A DNA stretch of 53,987 nucleotides from Gonapodya sp. JEL0774. Its lineage: Eukaryota. Below are positions 50,488 through 53,987 of the stretch, piece by piece. Numbering within the stretch: position 1 is the stretch's first letter; every line of letters begins with the position of its first letter. The translations under genes and the position numbers were made by a program. The stretch lies in the NCBI GenBank assembly GCA_027604505.1, contig JADIIX010000147.1:1-53987 (forward strand). Reading direction: 5' to 3'. The notes beneath the pieces are model-generated. The model saw nothing but the letters and a program-made list of their open reading frames with translations. It did not search any database and was not told where the DNA came from.

Positions 50488-51877
50488 TTGAAACCAACTA
50501 CTAATAGACTGCCTTGCATCTTTGACTGAGGCCGTCATTTAACATTCCACATTGAATTAAAACTTAAAACCAAAATTTCACTCCAGAAATTGTAGCTGAG
50601 CATAGAGTCCACACTTAGCAGTATTTTCTCTGCTTAAAGCCCGCTTCTTCAACCACCAGATTAAGCGTCCCCTCTTGGAATACTCTGTTCTTCATCATGA
50701 AAACATTCCAATATGCTATTCTACAAAAAAAATATGGTACATGAATTTAATTTTGGTGCCTGAAAGCTCTCATGGATCTGTTGCAAACCTGTAAAGGAAT
50801 CACAATACCTGTCCCAATGCATTGAAGGTACCCTGCACTCTGTTTAGTCAATTGTACATTTGCAAGAAGTCCTACCACTACTTTTATTACTCTCACAAGC
50901 TATCAGATGGGATTGCGATGGGACTGTCTGGCTCAAAAGGATGAAGAGACCAAACAACAAAACCTTCACTGTGGCACCAGAACTCACCTAAAAGAGCCTC
51001 AAGAAAGTCTCCTGTGGTATCATCATGCAGAATTGTGTCCACCAGATTCAACCACAGGCATCTCTCCTGTCCAGATTGGAGCACAGATGGTTCCATCAAA
51101 ACAGCATCCTGGAGCATTGATGTGACGACTACAGGCAACCATTTTAGGTGACACAATCTCTCTTTCCTATATTTGCCCTTTGGAACATTTCCAGAGGTAT
51201 GATGGTGCTTCTGTGGTGCTGGGGAATAAATGGGGTGTTTATATAGTTTCAAGGCTGGCCCAAAAGTTGGGGTTTAAGCAAGACAATTTGGTGTTCTGTC
51301 CCAGACCTCTCGTTCAGAAATAGGAATGACCAGCCTGTCACCATCATGGAGAGAACCTAAATTTTTAACTTGTATTTAAAAATATTTTGTGGAATATCAA
51401 TGCTAGTTACAGATTGTGCCATACTACACTGATGATAATGTAGAACCATATCAGCTTTTATCAACTCAGTACTAATTCCCTCAAATTCAAACGTTTTCTT
51501 ATGACCAATCACAGAAGATGAACAATTACTGTGTCTCAGAGGATTTTGAGTGGAATATGAGGTGTTCTCACCTACCACCCCCTTCGTTAGTGGATCTAGC
51601 AGCATAGTTCCTTAGTTTGTGTACTTGTGCTAATTATTCTGCTGTATCATCCTCAGACTGGTCTGGATCAGTGAGCAGGAGGATTCTAATAGACTGCCTG
51701 TCTTAAGAGATGTGGGTGATTATGCATTAGGTCCTGGAATGCTAATGAGCATAAGATCAGTTTTTGCATCAAGTATTACATCTCTGAGCTAGATGCATCA
51801 CATCTTTGTAGACTAGATTATAGGCAAATAAGTGCTCGCAAAGTGTTTTGAGTGAGAAAATGCTCCCCGTGAAATGC

Positions 51878-53405
51878 AACTCAACTTAGCACCAGTAACA
51901 TTGACGTGGTGCACTCCAACCTCTCAACTGCACTGCAAACTGGGGAGGGTCTGATTACTGGAGTCATTGCAGCAAAAGACATCACCAATAAAGTGCACAA
52001 GCTTCTTGTCCCATTGTTCTTCTCAGCACGGTCCAGTACAGGACTCCTTGTTGCTTGTAATGGGCAAATTGTCTTGTATGGACTTCTCCTGAAGGAGTCC
52101 ACCATCAACCACAAAGTTGACCCGTAGCAAATCATTCTCAACCTCACCTTCCTGCCATTCATAAATAAAATACTTTCCTGTCCTTTAAAACTCTATCCAT
52201 GTCACGGCAGCTCTATTCATGCGAATGCAAGCAAAACTCACCAGACCATTGCACATTCAAGTGGATGGAGAGCGAACAGAAACCATGTACGTCAACAGAG
52301 CACTAACTTGTGGTGCACAAGAAGGGCCCCATGATCGGGAAATTAGTGAACATGGACAGCAAGCTGTGTGTGACAAACTGAACATGTTGGGCAGTGAATG
52401 TATTGGGGATGTGGGGATGTGATGGCAGGATACTGAAAACTAAGATTTGGAACCTGCAGAATGCTCTGACAAACAATACTTGGCAAGATTGTTGCAAATG
52501 GTGAGACAGTAATTGTGACAGCAAATGTTGATCTAGATGCAACAAAGCATGATCCTGCATTTGCCTGCAACTACAACAATGTCTTTTGGTTGACAAAGGG
52601 AAATCTCACAGTTCTTATGTGTGTTTTTGGCAGCCAATGTGTCAGATGTGGGGTGAGAGCAGGTGAGTTCATTAGTATAAACTCACCTGCTCTCACTGCA
52701 TATCTTAACCTTTTGCATTCAGAACACTTAAGGACTGCAGACTTTTCCTGTGCCCACTGTACGATGTCATTATAGTGGTAGGCAAGTGCAGGGTTGTGTT
52801 TTTTTGCCCCTGGATCAAGGTTTGCAGACACAAGTGCTGTTTCACCATTTGAGCCAGTTGTGCAGAGTTTGTTGCTCCAAGCACATTGTAAGTTAGATAT
52901 CCTAGACATCAGTGTCCTACCCTCCCAATCCCAATGTATCTGCCACCCACCACCTTCCTGCGCATGCTCACTCAGTTCCCAATCATGGGCCTCTTCTTCC
53001 CCACCACTGGCAAGTGTTCTGTCAAAGAACAACATTGCTGTTTGTTCTCCATGGGCTTAAATGTGCCATGGTCAGGTGAGTTCCAAATGCTTTCACAGGC
53101 ACAGAGCTCCAGTACGTTGAAAGAGACCCCAAGGACAGGTAAGTGATTTAAGAGTGGTGGAAAGGTGAGGTTCAGAATGATTTCCAACCAGTCAACTTGG
53201 TGCCGTCAATGATTGACTCTTTCAGGAGTGGTCCATACAGGTCAATTTGCCTGTTGCTTGCAAAAGGTGGTCCTGTACTGGACTTCACAGAGAAGAACAG
53301 GAGGAGAAGCCCATGCTTTGTCCAATATGCTGTCCCTCCATGGGTTGCATTGCAGCTGAGAAGGCAGAGCACAGCATGTCAAAGCTACAGGCAGTGAGTT
53401 GAGTG
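51878..53405. repeat. Large imperfect palindrome of decayed, CpG-depleted coding-like DNA
   Basis: The arms align in inverted orientation, e.g. NGETVIVTANVDLDATKHDPAF (+) versus NGETALVSANLDPGAKKHNPAL (-), and GTCCAGTACAGGAC occurs in both arms. The centre is at about 52675. Confidence 0.85.
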
Positions 53406-53444
53406 GTGTTCCATCCAAAGTAGTCACTGAAAGCTACACTGACC

Positions 53445-53597
53445 TGTGGAATGACGGGGTGTGGGACGAGAATCAGGGTCCCGAGTGTATATGTATTCTG
53501 TGTGTCCAGTCCCCTTGGACTGCTATGTGAGCGCGTCATACAAAAATATATCTACACTACACTACGTCCCGCACGTCGACTCAGGGGTCATACAACA
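53445..53597 (-). mobile_element. 3' LTR (153 bp) of an LTR retrotransposon
   Basis: The minus strand starts TGTTGTATGAC and ends GTCATTCCACA (TG..CA; 11-bp inverted termini with 2 mismatches). A polypurine tract AGGGGGAG (53598-53605) lies immediately before it. Confidence 0.8.
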
Positions 53598-53664
53598 CTC
53601 CCCCTGGTTCGTTAAAGCTCGCTCCACTCTAGCTAAGAGTGACAGTGCGCAAAGTGATAGCCTA

Positions 53665-53987
53665 TCACATCTCAAGAAGTCCTTGTGCTTGCAAGAGTTT
53701 GCGTCTTTGCACAAAACCTTTCTTACGCGCACGGCGTGTAAGGATCCTCCCATTGGCTGTTGGGTGTTTGCGTTCATAGGCGTCAACAAGGTCATCAGCA
53801 AAGATAAGGCTTTCAGGTTGCCACTCTGGTGTGGCATAGCCGCGGAATTTGACCAGGTACTTGACAAGTGCGTTCTGGGTCTCTGGCTCTACCCTTTTGT
53901 CTAGGATTTGCTCCACTACATACGTTGGTTGGAAGTCAGGACCAAGCTCCTCCTGGACAATGTCACTCTGAGCAATCTCTGCTGCAA
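53665..53987 (-). mobile_element. C-terminal chromodomain of a Ty3/gypsy (chromovirus-type) Pol, partial
   Basis: TYVVEQILDKR..KYLVKFRGYATPEWQPESLIFADDLVDAY in a frame open to the window edge, directly upstream of the PPT and LTR. Confidence 0.85.

Overview
Intron-rich eukaryotic DNA, about 50% GC, with short GT-AG introns (mostly about 50-70 nt, GTRAGT donors). The gene content suggests a zoosporic fungus (chytrid or monoblepharid, Gonapodya-like); this is inferred, not proven. Manual splicing gives about 18 gene models: a GPAT (SCT1/GPT2-like), a membrane-anchored catalytically dead CE4 deacetylase, a membrane-anchored NYN ribonuclease, an orphan 7TM protein, a CPLANE2/RSG1-like GTPase not visible in the ORF track, an F-box/RPEL protein, a truncated MFS abutting a truncated metacaspase, an SRPBCC protein, TRS120, a DUF2235/Tle1-like lipase, an Ecl1-family protein, a disrupted LRR-TM-SH3 receptor, a BLCAP/BC10 protein, a C2H2 zinc-finger protein and several unknowns. 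The last 4 kb is CpG-depleted repeat DNA containing a TIR-bounded element, a diverged 1.5 kb palindrome with a perfect 17-bp core, and the 3' end of a chromodomain LTR retrotransposon with a 153-bp LTR. All family calls come from motif recognition by eye; no database search was run.
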